Shown piece by piece: positions 39,713-54,246 of a stretch of 64,000 nucleotides of DNA. The translations under genes and the position numbers were made by a program. A model generated the notes under the pieces. It was not told the DNA's origin. It searched no databases and was given only the letters and a program-made list of their open reading frames with translations. Origin of the DNA: Geosiphon pyriformis uo1 (lineage: Eukaryota > Fungi > Glomeromycota); the NCBI GenBank assembly GCA_016748015.1, contig JAAOMT010000602.1:1563696-1627695 (forward strand), written 5' to 3'. Every line of letters begins with the position of its first letter. Position 1 is the stretch's first letter.

Positions 39713-40761
39713 TTTAAGTTTATGCAAAAAAGAAACGGTGTTGGCTGTGATGGTCGACATAGAATGCTGACAGGGATAAAAAATAAATGGGGAAATCGAG
39801 CAACGTATTCACCCTCTTGAATTGGTTGACCAGGTATTCTTTTCTCCTTTGAGAAACATTTATTGCTTTTCATTCAGTCAAGGGGAAAGTTCGAGGTTTT
39901 CCCTTTTCGGCGAATTCTGAAACGTTTGAATTAATTAGAATGAGATCTACGGGTTGATGTGTACATTGTCTTACAAAGCGAACAATCGATTAAGTTTAAG
40001 TTTTAGTAATGAGTGTTGTTAACCCCCCTGTGAAAACTTTAATATGAAAAAGTTATCATTAAACTATTTTACAAATAAAAATATTGTCAATATACAAAGT
40101 TTTTGTGTTCCAAATTAATTTTTTTTTTGCTTAAACCATTCTCGAAATAAACTTTTTAACGTTTAAGTATGGCATAATTATGTGCTACCAAAGAAAAATA
40201 TTTGAAACTTTTTATCAAACAATTTTTCGACAAGATTAGATCCAAATGTTAACATATTTGTTTTGACATACACCCATTTTTCAACTTAAAAAAGATGAAT
40301 TTAAAAATAAGAATAGTCTATAATTCTAGGGAAAGATATTCAATTTATTTATTTATTTTTTATTTCACTTAATTAATTTTCTCAAGAAAAATATTAAAAA
40401 CTTTTAAAAACCCTTATTTTTTTTGGTTTCGATTTAAGATTTGTATCATAAAAAAAGTTTTATCTAATATAATAAGCCTGATTCCCAACAAGTTTATTAT
40501 TGGTTTCAAAAGAAGAATTTTTTTTTTTTTGCACTTTGTTACTTATACTCATCCACTAAATCTTTTTGTCCATCTTACCATTTTCATTTGAATTCATCAG
40601 ATTTACATACAGATAACGCCATTGTTCTGTTGAAGCAATTAAAATCTATGGATGCAGCAAAAATGAAGTTTTGTCAAAAAAAAAAAAAATCTCAAACATT
40701 TATTATAAAGAAACAGCTATATTTTACTTTTTTTTTCGCGTTCCAAAATATTTTACATGCA

Positions 40762-40794
<33 letters not shown>

Positions 40795-40812
40795 CATACA
40801 TACATACATACA

Positions 40813-40846
<34 letters not shown>

Positions 40847-40850
40847 CATA
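40762..40850. repeat. (TACA)n microsatellite
   Basis: Visible run. Confidence 0.92.
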
Positions 40851-42007
40851 TCTTTGCAAACCGAAGAAAAAATTTTTTCACTGTTTGAAATTTATCTCTC
40901 AAAATATGTGAAAAACAAAAGTTTAACATAACAGTGTGTGTGTAGGTGATCGAGAAAATTGTGACCTTTTGAGCTCTTTAAATTTTCATTCGCAAAAAAT
41001 TTTCCTTTCACTCATGCACGATTCATTTATAGTAAGAGAGATATTTTCATGCACATTAATTACCCTCATAATCATTCTTGGAAGGGAAATCGTTAATCTT
41101 TTTATTTTCCCAGGATCAACCAGTAGTAGTACACAAAAATAGTTCCCATTGTTCTTAATCCTATTTCAAAAGAGGGTTTTTAACCTTAAACAATATCATT
41201 CAGACTTTGCATAGTACGCAAGATTTCAGTTATTCATGATCATGTGTTGATATCAACCTGGGAAAACTCTTAAAGAAAAATTAATCGTTCCTGTCGTACA
41301 TGTTCATTGACCGTTTAGTTTGTATCGGGGATTTCGGCCTGACTCGTATTCCTCCAATCAATTTACCAACTTTTTAATTTAATACAGAAAAAGATCTAGT
41401 GTATTTCGAAAAAGGGAATAAATTTGTCATAGGATAAACATTTATCGATTTCTCGTTTGTTTAACTATTTTCTTTTTACACCCCTATTTGATACACTACA
41501 CAAAAATCGATATCGGTATTTTTTACTTATGTATCATCGACGCTTCGTTTCAAAAAGATAAATTTTCCGCGATTAACCAATTTTTCAAATAGACAATGCT
41601 ACAACAGGTAGACAGATTTTTGAAATTTCAACTACCCAATAAACATATTTTGAGTTTTGAATGTTCGGACAAAGTATCTTTTATATTTGCATTTGATTCA
41701 CACCTCACCATTTACATGAATTAAAAAGTATTTTAACGGTTAGGAGAAAGTCCAAACATTCAAGTTTTTTTTTTCTTCAATTTATATCAAGTGATAGATA
41801 CAATAAAATATTTTCACCGAAAAACTGGGATTTAATCAAGATATAAATACGTCCCATATTTTTGCAATCTCTTTTCAATTAAAAAAAGGAGGAAGAAATC
41901 CTTGACTAAAAACCATATTCATTCGATTCAAAAAAAAAATCTCCCCTTGACTTCATATATATTTGACTGATTTCTCTCGATCTTGATTCAAAACACTTTT
42001 CTGAATT

Positions 42008-43993
42008 ATGACGACACCAAAGAGTTTAGGATTCTGGGATGTGTTCAAGTATCGAAAGCCAGTGATTTTTTATGCTGGTCGATTACACTACGTCGAAAGG
42101 AATCCGGCCGAAGAAATTCAAGAGGCAAGAAGGTATGCGTTGTTTCGAGTCTATTATTTAAAGGTATTTATTTATTGTCATTGTGATTTTATCATTCTTA
42201 ATTCTATAAAAATAATTGCTTGGATTTTGATCTTTTATGAAGGGCACATTGTCTCAATTACGAAAAGAAATCATATTGGCTTTGGGCCTGTCTACTAAGA
42301 TCTCATTTTCGAATGGTTCTACATACGTGCGACGACCAATTGATTCGTCAACGGATAATGATGTTGGTATTGCTAAACCTGACATCGTTAAGGTATATTT
42401 TTAGTGTTATTGAAAATGAATTTAACTTTTTTTATAAAAACAACGGAATTTTCAATTTTTCTAACCCATCTTGAACACTCTTAAGATTCAAATCTCATTC
42501 AAGCATTTGAGCCATCTTACATTAATCAATCGATTAAGGAATTCAAAGTTGATCTCCAAGATAACGCAAAATGGCTTCTTGGATTGGATCCCTCTTGATA
42601 GATCATCTTATAATGCACTTAAAACGACCTGGAATCTCATCGTAGTTTCCCAAGATCCCTATCCATCAAGAAATGTTATTGTCAAGCAAAAACGTCTCCT
42701 GGCCGGTATCTACGATCTTTCTCATCAAAAAAGAGCATACCAAGGTCTAGCTGAACTTTTTCATGGACAAGTGTATAAAGTTGTACGAGAAGGAACTGGG
42801 GAAGAGATCGTGGTTGTTGAGACAAAGACATATAGTGCTAATATTGTTTTTATTGAAATTTTAAATTGGATTTTTGAATACGTGACTTTAAATCAGGTTT
42901 GTATAAATCATTGGAAAGATTTGTTTGATATTAGAAAATCTATTCTTTTTCTGAGCTTTTTGAAATTCCTTTCAACTTTACTTTGGAGAATGTCGACACC
43001 CCATTTATTTCATTATTAGTGAGTGCTTTAAATATGTATGCAACATTATTCTGCCTAAATGATATCTACCAGAATCTAGCGGCACATGGCTGGGGTTCCT
43101 ATGGCACCAATAAAAAAGGGGATAATGCAAATACTATATTGGCTCGTCGATTAATTTCCTTAGAAGATGTACTTACAGAAATTCAATGGGATAATTTTAC
43201 AAGTAGGAAAAGTTCTATTTTTACTTTGGATCTCTTTAAACTAGAAGGTTTTCGTAATCCATTTGAGAATTTGTAGGTCAAACAAAAAAATTGCGCGAAG
43301 CGATTGAACGAATATCCTGTTTATTTCAAAAAGATGGTAAAGATTTAGAAATTAGGACAAGAGTATACGTTTTGAAGAGATTAAGATTTTTGGTGGGCTT
43401 TTTTATCATGTGAGTTTCATCGTTGATATTTTTGGTCACTTCCTGATATGGGAAAAGAACTAATTAAAATTGTTTCGGATACAGTATCGCAATATATAGT
43501 ATAGTAATTTTCTATCATTATTGGAATTTGCAAGATAATTTACTCTCTATGAGTGAGGTGGGTTATTCTGGAATACATCTTATTCTTCAAAACTTCTTTG
43601 TTTTTCCTTTGATTTCCCATAATTTTTTCCTTGCAGATGGTATTGCTTGCCACAATAGTTTCAATATCAACCTTGATGTTTCTCTACATCAGGAGAGGAA
43701 TAAAAAATTATGCTCGATTTTCAGCCTGGTTTATGAAAGCTGCAAGTTTACATCGTGATACGGTGAAAGAAATTTTTTGGGAGTTTGGTGACAATTTAAA
43801 CAAAACTTCTCAAGAAGGGATTTTGCAACAAAGCAAAAATATTGCTGCTTCTGGGAAAGAAAGTCATATGAGCAATAGTATTGGTGAGTTTGGAGATAAT
43901 AGCAGAGAGGAAGTTCTAAGGCATGTGATGAATTGTACGATAGACGTTTGTGGAGATTTGAGGGATACTATTATCATGTTTGGTGAAAGTTAA
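42008..43993 (+). CDS. 7-exon hypothetical membrane protein with 2 C-terminal TM helices
   Basis: Exons 42008-42163, 42243-42392, 42486-42896, about 42935/42956-43202, 43277-43409, 43485-43557 and 43637-43993 splice in frame. The exon-4 acceptor is ambiguous. Hydrophobic segments LRFLVGFFIIIAIYSIVIFY and MVLLATIVSISTLMFLYI. Confidence 0.78.
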
Positions 43994-45759
43994 AAAAAAG
44001 ATCGGGATAAAAATAGAAGAAACCTAATTTATTGAAATATGAAAATTTGTTTCGTACTTTGAATTGCGAGTTTCATCAAAATTAAAATTTTTTAAATGTC
44101 AGAGGATTATTTCATTTTCATCTATAATCGAAATTGATTGGAAGATTATTTCGAGGGTTTTAATAAAAACTAGAGGTCACAAAGACTTTTTTTAAAATGT
44201 GGATATTTTAGTAATTCAAGAATTTAAGAAACCCCAAAGTAAATTGAACTTTGGAAATGCGATCGACTTTTTTTTCGATCATGTTCATTCGCTTTACCAC
44301 GTTCTTAATATTAATGTTAGTTTGATTAAAAATATAATTTTCTTACAAATAATAATAATTTTATTATAAAAATATTATTCCCATTTCGATGTTTTTTAAA
44401 AGTTACTTACCTTGTACCGGAAGGCCACAAAACGATGACATCCATGATATCTATGTTATCATGAATTATTTTATCTAATGAATCCTTTATTTCATTCACA
44501 ATTTTACCATGTCATTTAATAAGCCTTTTGCCATAATGTTTTGATGACTTTACTTTTGTCACTAGCACATACTCTTTTTTATACTTGATTGAAATGGATA
44601 CCATAAAAAGTCTGGCATTTTTTCTTTCTTAAGAAGAGGAGCAAAAAATTTTATTTGCAATGAACAAATACATTAAGTTCATTAGTACACTTAGCAATAA
44701 TAAAAATTCATTAATTTATTTTAATACCTAATACATTTAATTGGTATACATAGTTCACATACCATTCACAAGTCAAAAGCTCATTAACAAAAAAAGAGAT
44801 TCTAAAATTTTATGAATAAAGTATTCTCAGTGGGAATAAATGAGCTCCACAATGATGATCTTTAAAGTCTATAAGAAAAATAAGTGCAAAAAAAAAGAAG
44901 CCAAGAAAATAATGCTGCTTAAAAAAATAATAAATAAAAATTAAGTCAAGTAACAATAATCAACACAATATTAACATAAATAATTTGTCAGTTTAAGAAG
45001 TAACAAAAATATATATTAAATAATATTTAAAAAAATTTATTTTAAAATTAAGTTTATTTTGCACTAAATTATTGAAAATATGAGTATATATAAATATTAT
45101 TATTTATTTATTTATTTATAAAATAGCTAAAATAATATTAATGGACTTTTTTAAATAGATATGTTAAAATATTTTTTTCATGTTGCAAAAAGAATTATAA
45201 ACTTTTTTTTAAACTTAAAATTAATTAATTTTATTAAGTTTATTAACAAACTTGAAATGTCTTTAAAAAAAAAAGTATTAAATTTATCTTTTTCGAAATT
45301 ACAATAATTCTGACATATTTTAAAAAGCTATAAAAGTCTTAATACAAACAAAAATTAGCATTTATTGCATAATTACTTTAAAATTTTACATTATAGTCTA
45401 TTAATTGCTGTAGTTTTGCAAAAAAAAGTATGCACTTTTATATTACATCTTATTCAAAGTTTTATTTAATAGAAATATAATATTAAATTTAAAATTAAAA
45501 TTAATTATTTAGAATATTGGGTATAGTGTTTTAAATAGGTTGAATCAGATTAAATTAAATTAAATCTTAATTTTTTTATAAAAAAAAACTAAATAAATAA
45601 AAAATACTAGTTTAAACTTATTACTTTATAATTAAATAATAAAAATAATTAAAACATATTTAACAAATAATATTAAAAAAAAAAAACAATTTTTTTTTAT
45701 TTTAAATTAAAATTTGAGTCAAAATTTAATATAAAATTATTAGTATAATTATTGTTTAC

Positions 45760-45790
<31 letters not shown>

Positions 45791-48700
45791 TAATTATTAT
45801 TTAGTTAAATTTTCAATAATTATTACTTAATTTATAATCTAATTTGTAATTAGAAAAATTCTGTCAAAAATTTTGTTAAACCATATTTTTTTGCTTATAA
45901 TAAGTTTAATATGCTTTATGAAAACAACTTTTTAGTACTTAAAAACATTTTTATGCAAATTTCAGTTTTTGTAGTAGACTCTATTATTAAAGATACTTTA
46001 GAAAAAAAAATTTAATTGGTTTTGTAAAATATGTATAAAGCTTATAATTCTATTAATTAATTTAGCTAAAACTAAGCTTAAAGTAAATATAAATATATAA
46101 TAAGTTTATCAAATTTTTTGCAATTTATATAAAAATAGAATTAATAAGGTGATAACTAATTTTAGACTCTTAAATAAGTACAAAATACATAATAACTTGA
46201 ACTAAAATAAAGTCTTTTTTTCTTTTCTTTGAAAAATATTCTATGATCTTTTGTTGTATAAAATTAAAAAACATAAGCATTTGTGTAGATACTGTATAAA
46301 TACTAAGTTTGTTGTAAAGACAAAAAATGTAGAAACCAGTTTAAACAAAACTTTGTTTTTTGTAGTAAGTGTTTTCATTAATAATACAATATAAATAAAG
46401 AATAGTCATATATCTATATAATATATCTTGAATATTATCAGTTAATTTTTTTCTATTAATGATCTTTTAATTAACAATAAAAAAACAATAATTATTCTTA
46501 TTAAGTAGAAAATTAAAATTGTTTTTTGTTCATTAGTAAACTGTTAATTATGATAGCAAAAAAAATAAGCTTTACAAATACCTGAAAATTTTTTGTTGTT
46601 TAAAGATATATTTAAGCCAAGTTTAACTAAAATGTATTTGGATATCAGGATTTTTTTAATTTGGTCTTAAGAAAAACTTTGTTAAATAAGCAGTTTTTTA
46701 TTGGGTGTTAACTGTTTTGTAACTAATTTTTAAGTATAAAATTTAATTCAGTTTTATTTCAAAAAGTATGTATAACAAATAAAATACTCTTATAAGAAAA
46801 AAACTCAAAGTCAAAACTGATCTGCCAAAAAATTTTCCAGTAAATTATTGTATTACTTTTCTTTGTATGGTTTAAAAACTTTTATGCAAATATAGACAAA
46901 GGACAAAATGGCTTCAGTAGTTGTTTTTCTAATAGTGCTAAGATTTTTGAATAGTTGTTTGATTATTGTTTTTGAATTTGCAGATATTGGGTTAGACACT
47001 ATTACTAGAGGTTTTTGGTTTTTTTTTTGTATGTTATTAATATCTGTTTGCTATTAATTCACATTTTTTGGAAGCAGTTAAACCTCCAATAACTGATTTT
47101 ATTTTCAAATTATCTTTTATAATTTAAACTGCTGGGCTTATAAGTGGAATGGTCAATTCTATACCAATTACTTTGTATAGTTACGTTGTAGTAAATATCA
47201 ACTTTTTCCCAAAAATTGCTTGTCTGGAAGCTCACTAAAAATGTGTAGTTACTTTATAGTAAAAGTTAACTTTTTTACAGGAATCTCATCTGTAGGCTAC
47301 CTAAATAATTATAATAAGAAAAAAAAAGAAAATAAAAGCAATATAAAAGAAATATGATTTTGTCAATAGAATTGTTTTCTATCCAGACCTGGAGTTGCTA
47401 ATAAATTACTAAAATTGGTAATTAGTCAATTTCAAAATGTTAGTTGGGTTTTAGAGAATGTTAAGTGTAATTATTTTATGAATTGGTTTTCGAAATATAT
47501 CTTTATTTTGAATTGTACTTAATGAGAATAAATCTAAAGTAAAATATCTATGATAAGATACATTTTTCGAAAAGAGAAACTCTTCTTTTATACAATTTGT
47601 TATAGTACTAGTCTATGAACTTGAACTTTTCTCTTTTGTTATAATTTAGACAAACTAAAAATACATTTTGATAAGCTACAAGTTATTTCGACAAACTATT
47701 AATTATTTTGGTGAACTATCTATTATTTTGGCAAATTCGGCAAAATTCGGCAAATTTTTGAATATTACATAGTTCAGAATATTGTGTAATTTGATCATCC
47801 TAATTTTTATTGTATAAATTGGATTATTAATTAAATAGTAATATTCGATAATTTGATTGAGTAATAAGTAATAATTAAAACAATATTAATATATGCTAAT
47901 TAATGATAGGAATTATAAGGGTAATTTTATGCTAATTAATAGCTAATATTTTACTAGTAACAGCACTTATAATTTCATTGCAATTTTTTGTAAATCTAAA
48001 TGTTAGCTCAGTAAACAATTTTTTTGTAAGCATAGTTAAAATTTTTTTGGACAATAAAATCTCATTGGTAATAATATGCTCAGTGCTTTTTATAATTCTG
48101 ACAAGTTTCTAATATTAGTTATTTTGAAAGCTTCTTATTACTATGGTGTAATCAATTTTTTGAAGCATTTTGGTATGGTTTTTGGTAATAAACTGTCGAA
48201 TAAGTATAGTATAATTGTGAATTGAAAAATATTTCGTTATTAAAAAAGATTAGATCTAAGAGATTTAGTATTTTACTGATTTAATTTGGCTTATAAATTT
48301 ATAATAAACTTTGATTTTAAACTGTCGAATGAATTTCTGACTGGTAATATCTTCAATGTTTTGAATTCTGGTGAATTTTTATCTGTTTGAAAACATTTAG
48401 ATAAGATTTGGTCTGAATTTTTTGTTATTTATATTGATAAATTTTTGAAAAATAAGAGTTCTGTATTCATAACTTGTGGAATAGTAGCTTAATTTTTAAA
48501 TATTGTGATAAGTATTAGAGTAAAAATTCAGAGTTTTATGTTTTTAACAATGACAAACTGCAGATAATTGCTTTAATTCTGGAGTATGTATCTTTTTTTT
48601 GTTCTATAATTCTATATTTAAACAGTTAAGCTGCAATTAATATGTGTTTCTTAGATTTAAATTTATGTTGTTCTGATTTTTATGCCAGTAATTAATTAAA

Positions 48701-51700
48701 ATAGAGACATGTTGCTAATTTAATTAGAAATAAGAATATTCAGGTAAAATGAATAAAGATTAAGAATTATTTAAATAATAAAAGCAATAATTAAACAGAT
48801 GTATTTGTTAATATTGCTGTTTATTCTTACATGTTTTTTCTTTATTGTATTTTAAAAAAATTTATTGGGGCTAATAGTTAAATAATATCTAATAATATTC
48901 ATTATTTTATGTATAATTTTACAGATTAGTTTGTTGTATCTGATAGAAAGTGGATTTAATATAGATATTATAACTAATTTGCTTGTTTATAGTATTAATT
49001 GAATTCACATTATTGTAATTTGGCATCCAAATTCTTACATATAATTTAAGTTTATTAGCAGAACATTTTTAGATCTGTGCATTTATATGATAATGACTAT
49101 TTATAAAAAATTGCCAGTTGTTATTATAAAAAAACTTTATAACAAATGCTATTTTGGTGTATTGTGTTTATTGTACAGTAAAGTAAAATTTTTTGATTAT
49201 ATTTTTATCTGTTTGAAGAATATTATTTTGCATAAAAAAGTGGCTTTAGTAATAATAAAATTTGCTTATAAGATTGTAAATATTATAGAATAATAGTGTG
49301 AATTTTTAGATCTAAATTTAAGGCAAACATAGAGATTAGTAGTTTAATTAATAATATGAGTATAATTTTTGGACTGTTATATTCTTTGTTATTTTACTTT
49401 TTAGATAATATAGTTTATATGCTTGGTATTTATAAAATTTTTGCTATTTGTTTTGGTTTTATAAGTTTTGTTTATTTTTTTTGGATTGGATGATAATGTA
49501 AAGTACAAATAGATATATAATGTGGTTTTAATTAATTCAAGTGGCTGATTATATAAGTTGTATTTAATTAGAATTTTTTAATTTTATTCTTTGTACTAGA
49601 TAGCAATTAAGCTACACTTATTAAATAAATTTTTTTTTAATGCTTAAAAATTTTTAAGCTGTTATATAATTATTTTATTAAAAATAATTGTACTTTTTTT
49701 ATATTATTAAATAATATTAAATTTTTAAATGTTTTGCTATTAATATTAACAAATATTGTAATTGTAAAAATAACCAATTTTTTTTAATTTATTATAGTTA
49801 AACTATATTTTTAATAATAAAACAAAAACAAATAGTAATATTTTGCAAAAATTTTAGTAAATTTTTAAAAACAAAATATATATTTTAGCAAACTATAAAA
49901 TATTTTAATAAACTATTGAATATTTTGAAAAATTAATATTTTAACAAATTTTTTAATATTACATAATTTAGAATATTATATAATCTAAATATATTATTTT
50001 AGTTGTATTTTTTTGTTGTTGAAATTGGATTAATAATAATAAAATTTTAAGAAAATAATTTTTAACTAGTAATACTGTGTACAATTTATTTAACAAAAAC
50101 TTTAATAGCAAAATATATTGAAAAATTTGTTTTATTTTTTGTTTTTTTAATTTGTTTATGTAATTTATATTTATTTTGTAGTTTCAAAATTGTTTATCAT
50201 ATTAAATTTTTTAAAACAATAAATTATACAAAATATGTTACAACAATAAAAAAAAATTTATTTCAATTTAAGCAATTGTATACTTTCCTTTTTAGTTAAC
50301 TTAAAATTTATTATTCACAAAATATATAAAACTTTTTTTCTAATGTGGCCAACCAACCTAATTGTAAGCTTTATTTATGTTTTGTAATATTATTTAAAAG
50401 TTTTTTTCTTAAAAAATAAAAAATTGTTACTTTTAAAGCATTATTAATTGTTTGCAAACTGTAAATATAGAATTTACTAATATTTTGAATAAAATTTATT
50501 TTTGTTATTTTAATTAAAATTAATAATTTAATATTTGTAATTATTTATTTTTATTTACATAACTTAGAAATTATAAACAATCTGATTTTTTAATTATTAA
50601 TCACATTTTTAGTTTTTAAGAAAAAATTAAAAAACATACTTAATTGGTTACATTATTTTTAAAACTTATTAAAAATTTTAAATAAGCCAAAAATCTTATT
50701 ATTTAGTAATTTAACATTATATCCACTAGTTTATTATTAAAATTATGTTATTTTCTACATATAATAATAAATTATATTGGTTTTATAACTATACATATAA
50801 TTAAATATGGAATGTTGCATTGATAATTCTGGTAGCCGGCTGCATATCAATCAAAAGCAAATAGGTGAGGCGGTGTTACAGCTAAAATTTTTGACAAATA
50901 GAGTGGCTTCAATATTGGTTGCACTTTAACTATTTATCAGATCTTAATTGTAAGATATCTCTTAATTTAGTTAATTCAAAAGTCTTTTTATACTAGTTTG
51001 AGTTCCAATCACAAGGGGAGGTAGCGAAATAGAATTTTGGGATTGAAGACCCTAATTCATTGTTAAATAATATATGATTCGAAAGTTTGAGGTTCTGTCA
51101 TTTTATTGTGCTAAAACACAGTTTTTAATTAACAAAATAGCAGCCAGCTGAAGAACTAGAGCAATTTATTTTTTTATCATGTTTCCAATCTTTTTTTCAG
51201 GTTCTCAAAAATATTTTTGGAGCATTTATCTCAGCTTTCAGAATTTGGAATTTGATATATATGTAATTTTTTAAAATTTTATTCCATGTATCATTTGGGC
51301 AAATTTTTTTTGAAATTCGAAAAGATTAAAATGTAATTAGTTTATGTGTCATTTTTTGTTTCAACGATATCTGGCCAAACATTAATTATCAGTAATATAC
51401 TGAGATATTGGTTATAGATACAGAAAAGCCTTTTAAACGTTTGAAAATTAATGAAACTGGAGGTGAATTTTTTCCGAACAAAAAATTATTATTAACACTA
51501 ATTACATGGATCAATTTAAAGCTTCATACTTAATCCAGTTGAATAAATTATAAATCTAAAAACTATCAATGTTTTTAAATTTCTCATATATCTCCCAATG
51601 ACCTCTTTTGAATAGCGAAAATACCACTAATGTTTGAATTATTATCTTACCAAACCCACCATATTGCCTAGAATTTTAAGGTCTCTCATATATATTTTTT

Positions 51701-52749
51701 TTGAGTTTGCTTAAAAATTGTTTGACCAAAACAAATTAATGTTTTTTATTTTTCTAGATAGATATATTTATATTAGGAAAACTTCTCTTGATGAAAACGA
51801 AATACCTTAATTCTTAAAAATACTAACAGCTTATTCCAGTTTTCTCACATATCTTTAGTTGGATTGCTCTAAGAACTAGAATAAAATAAGTGTTGTTTAT
51901 AATCACTTTTTCTCTGGAGTCTGCGAATAAATGACTAGTTGAATAACAAATCGATGAAATCGATCGGCAATGAATATACATGTCATTAATATTTTTGTGG
52001 TGAAGAAAAACCAAGCCCTGTTCAAAAAAGGTCTTTTACTGTTGTATTTCCAATTTTTATTATAGTTCACCTATAAAAACACACGTTTTATCTTTAAATT
52101 TGACCTCAAGTTGGAATAAAACACATCTATTAAAACAAATAAGCTGAGGATTTGAAAAATTAGAAAACTCACCTCCCTCGAAAATACTAGTCACCGATGT
52201 CCTAATTGATTTTTTAACAAAATGGCTGAAGTAGTAATTGTTTTCCGCGAAATAGTTAAAATGATAAATAATAGGTTATTATGAATGAAATTTTTATTTT
52301 CGAAAGAAACTTTACAAAGTTGCCGCTTTTTTTAAATATTTTCCCTCTAAATTTTATATGAAGTGTTCTTTGATGAAAAAAGGAGATTAGACATGTTTCA
52401 AATTTGTTTTCAATTCTGAATTCAAGAATTTCAATCTTCTATTATTTTTAAATAATTTTCATACGCCCCACGATGACAAGATTTCAATAAAAACTTTGTG
52501 AATCAAAAAGTAAATATAAATAATAAATTATCAATATATGGTATATTGCAATATAAAAGACACAAAATTGACAAATGAGCTAACTGTACCAAAGTTTCAA
52601 TTAAATACTAGAATTTTGGCTGTTGAGTTTTTCAAAGAGGTACTGATAAAGTGCCCGGATAAGGATCAGACACGTGCCAATGGTATACATATTCATATGT
52701 GGGAAAAGAAAGATAGGTAGATTAAAATAAGACTACTCATATTTTACCA

Positions 52750-54246
52750 ATGTCACCCCAACAACACTTCCAAGCTTTATCTAATGATTTCGGGAATTTA
52801 TTTAACACTCAGAAGTTCTCTGATGTTAAAATTATAGTTGGCGAAGCGCCCAATATCCAAACTTTTCATGCCCATTCGCAAATTTTAGCAGCAAGATCAC
52901 CATATTTTGCTGTCGCACTCTCTAGCAATTGGATTAAAAGGGAAAAAAATATCATTATATTCCCTAAACCTAATATTTCACCAAAGATTTTTGAAATAAT
53001 TCTCAGGTAAGGGTTTTCATTTGCTTCAAATATTTTGGCCAACATAAGACTCACTGTTTTGTTTCCTGTAGATACATTTATAATGGCGAAATTTCTCTTG
53101 ATAAACATGGAGTACCTACCATTTTAGAATTCCTTGTTACAGCTGACGAGCTTATTCTAGAAGACATGATTGACCACCTTGAAGACTATTTGATCGAACA
53201 CCGTGCAAAAGAGCTAAAAGAAAATTTCACCACTTTGCAGAAAACTTCATTTATGCATGATTGTTTCAAAAAGTTACAAAAATTCTGCATCGAAATAGTT
53301 GCTGAAAATCCAGCAATAGTCTTCAACTCGCAAGATTTCACTTCCCTTAGTGAAAATGCACTTTTCTCAATTTTAACCCGGGATGAACTAAATATAGAAG
53401 GAAATATGGGAAAAGATTGTAGAATGGGGAGTTGCTAAATTGGATAAAAATATTCAGACGAAAAAAGTTCTTTACTGGACAGATGAAAACTTTAACGCCT
53501 TTAAGGAATCCATCGAAAGGCTTCTACCTTTAATCCGCTTCTTTAACATATCTTCAGTTGACTTCTATCACAAAGTAAAACCATTTGCGAGAATCTTACC
53601 TGGAACTTTATATGAAGATCTTTTACATCATTATCTCGTACCGGGTAGTCATCAAAAATCTGTAGACGCTCAGCCATCACGTTTTCCACAATTAAGTATT
53701 AAATCGGAGCTTCTTCAACCCCACAATATAAAACAGCTTGATCACTGGATTCAAGGCAAAGACGAAAGCACCCCTTTTCAAAACCGACATGGAAATGATT
53801 TTAAATTGTTACTTCGAGGCAGTCGAGACGGATTCACTCCAGCCGATTTTCATCGATTATGTGATAATAAAGAAGCATCAGTAAGCGTAATAAAAGTGAA
53901 AGGAACTGGTCAGCTAATTGGCGGCTATAACCCGCAGTCTTGGCACTCTAGGAATAGTTGGTTGGAGGGAAAACGAAGTTTTATATTTTCCCTTGGAGAT
54001 GGCAAACTTGGAAAGGCTAAACTTAGCAAATTTGTTATGGAATTTGGACCTTTTGGTGGGCCATATAATGGACCCTCTTTTGGAAATGGCAATATTGGAT
54101 TGTATGGCAAGGATTTTAAAAATAGTCCAGGGGCCTATTGTAAAAAGACAATAGATTATGAGCATGCTATAATGCCTGGGTCAGAAAATCAACAGGTGAA
54201 TTTCTTTGTCGAGGAGTATGAAGTTTTTCAAATTATAAAAAGATAG
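52750..54246 (+). pseudogene. BTB-BACK-TLDc copy 4 (most divergent, inverted), single frameshift
   Basis: Intron 53007-53071. At about 53400, GAA G|GAA ATA TGG lacks 5 nt relative to GAA GAA ATT GAA ATA TGG. Otherwise the frame is open. Confidence 0.82.

Noticed and set aside
39601-39873. Poly-Q/poly-His ORF
   Set aside because: Explained by microsatellites; no other coding signal.
40588-40931. HTYI-repeat ORFs
   Set aside because: Artefact of the (TACA)n microsatellite.
48000-49600. Possible retroelement pol/integrase relic on the minus strand
   Set aside because: Too decayed to assign motifs by eye.
51640-51835. Possible further BTB exon-junction relic (TAG|ATATATTTATATT..TCTCTTGATGAAAAC)
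   Set aside because: Similarity is short and weak in AT-rich DNA.
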